DNA of 64,000 nt from Amoebophrya sp. A120 (Eukaryota > Protista > Dinoflagellata), in the NCBI GenBank assembly GCA_905178155.1, contig CAJINV010000035.1, positions 1 through 64,000 of the forward strand. Direction: 5' to 3'. The number at the start of each line of letters is the position of its first letter. Positions within the stretch are counted from its first letter, which is position 1. This document shows, piece by piece, positions 63,056 to 64,000 of the stretch. The notes beneath the pieces were generated by a model. It had not been told where the DNA came from, made no database searches, and saw only the letters and a list, made by a program, of their open reading frames with translations. The position numbers were made by a program, and so were the translations under genes.

Positions 63056-63325
63056 AATGTGATGGCGTTTTTTATCCCCACCTGTATACAAAAAAGCGAG
63101 TTGTGATGGTGTTTTTTATCCCCAGCTAAAATGGCACTTTTTGCGCTTTTTGTAAACGTGATATTTTTTGAATCCCCACCTAAGTGCAAACGAAAGAAGC
63201 AAAAACAAAAACACCATCACAACCGGAAAAGTTCAGTTTTAGGCGCGGCCTCCGAAGTCGCTTTTTTTTCAAGTTTTTCAAAAGTGGTTACTTTGTGAAA
63301 TGTGATGCTCGCCTATAGGTGGGGA
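63056..63325. repeat. Cluster of TGTGATGG(T/C)GTTTTTTATCCCCA-like repeats plus an inverted copy
   Basis: Copies near 63058, 63101 and 63157; inverted AAAAACACCATCACAA at 63207-63222; matches 56078-56094. Confidence 0.8.
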
Positions 63326-63536
63326 CTCACTCTTTTTTTGGTGCAACATCACACCAAAAATGAAAACGTTTTTTGTTTTCGGGGGGGGTCCAAAAAATAT
63401 TAGAGTTAGCGAAAAAAAATGTCTATTGTGATTGACAAAACAAATAATGAAAAGACTGTTTTTCAAAATCGAAAGCTCTTGATCGTCGTCTTCAAATCCG
63501 CCCAAATCTCGCAATACAGATGCGTCGCTGACCAGT

Positions 63537-64000
63537 ATGGTGGAAACCCGCTGGCTTGCGGAATGGGCGGTGGCACAGTGGCTGCTCAGAAACAGCGAAG
63601 TGGTGATTGCGATCTTGCGCGAGATGTTGGACTTCGAGAACGGGTTTCGGGCCAGAGTCGACGGCTCGGAGCGTGGCCAGCCCTCGGCTTTTGAGGATGG
63701 CACCGCGCTGGATTATCTCGACCTGTTTCCTGCGCCACTGGTTTTGACCGAGGAGGGCAGTGTCATGGGCCTCAGCAGTGATGTGTTCGGTGGAAGATAT
63801 GCATGGCAAACAGCTAGCAATCTGACCACGTGGAAATGTGAAGAATAAAGATGTCATGCGGAAATGAACTCACAGCTGCGTTTCCTATATGCGCAGGCTG
63901 CAGCTGTTTGTCCCTTGCATAAGAATGGAGAGGATCTCGTGGCGGCTGAAGTCGATCGCAGTGACACGCTGCTGGACTACGAAGGTAATCTTGTTGATAA
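63537..64000 (+). CDS. 5' part of an unknown spliced gene running off the window
   Basis: MVETRWLAEWAVAQWLLRNSEVVIAILREML..; second exon-like segment ..AAAVCPLHKNGEDL..DYE followed by GTAATC. Confidence 0.45.

Larger units (their letters stand above)
56069..64000 (+). mobile_element. Candidate large TAT-terminated mobile element inserted in an introner (right end outside the window)
   Basis: Begins TATCGAAGAAAAAAACACCATCACAA exactly where the B element breaks. Gene strand and intron type switch here, and the terminal motif recurs at 63.1-63.2 kb. Confidence 0.6.

Noticed and set aside
1-64000. tRNA, rRNA or spliced-leader genes
   Set aside because: None recognised by eye; a covariance-model search was not possible.

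Overview
Eukaryotic DNA, most likely the parasitic dinoflagellate Amoebophrya (inferred from its non-canonical inverted-repeat introns, which are known from that genus). From about 2 to 56 kb there are roughly seven minus-strand genes, interrupted by about 80 short (about 120-360 bp) terminal-inverted-repeat elements (introners) from at least eight families. Nearly all begin TAT and end ATA, are flanked by a 5-bp target-site duplication (TSD; perfect in 27 copies checked by eye), and share an internal GCAT(G/C/T)ACAA motif. Removing each element plus exactly 5 nt restores the reading frame at most junctions tested. This reconstructs a DIS3L2/RNase II exoribonuclease, an alpha/beta hydrolase, and a signal-peptide-bearing PARP-like ADP-ribosyltransferase with an intact H-Y-E triad. 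At 56069 one introner is cut off by a large (>7.9 kb, running off the window) TAT-terminated insertion. That insertion carries plus-strand genes with ordinary GT-AG introns and internal copies of its own terminal motif, so it is a candidate master or cargo element for the introner system. Also present: nested and back-to-back introners, an 18-bp tandem repeat open in five frames, a 3x400-bp tandem array and a 208-bp tandem repeat. All coordinates were read by eye; no database search was possible.
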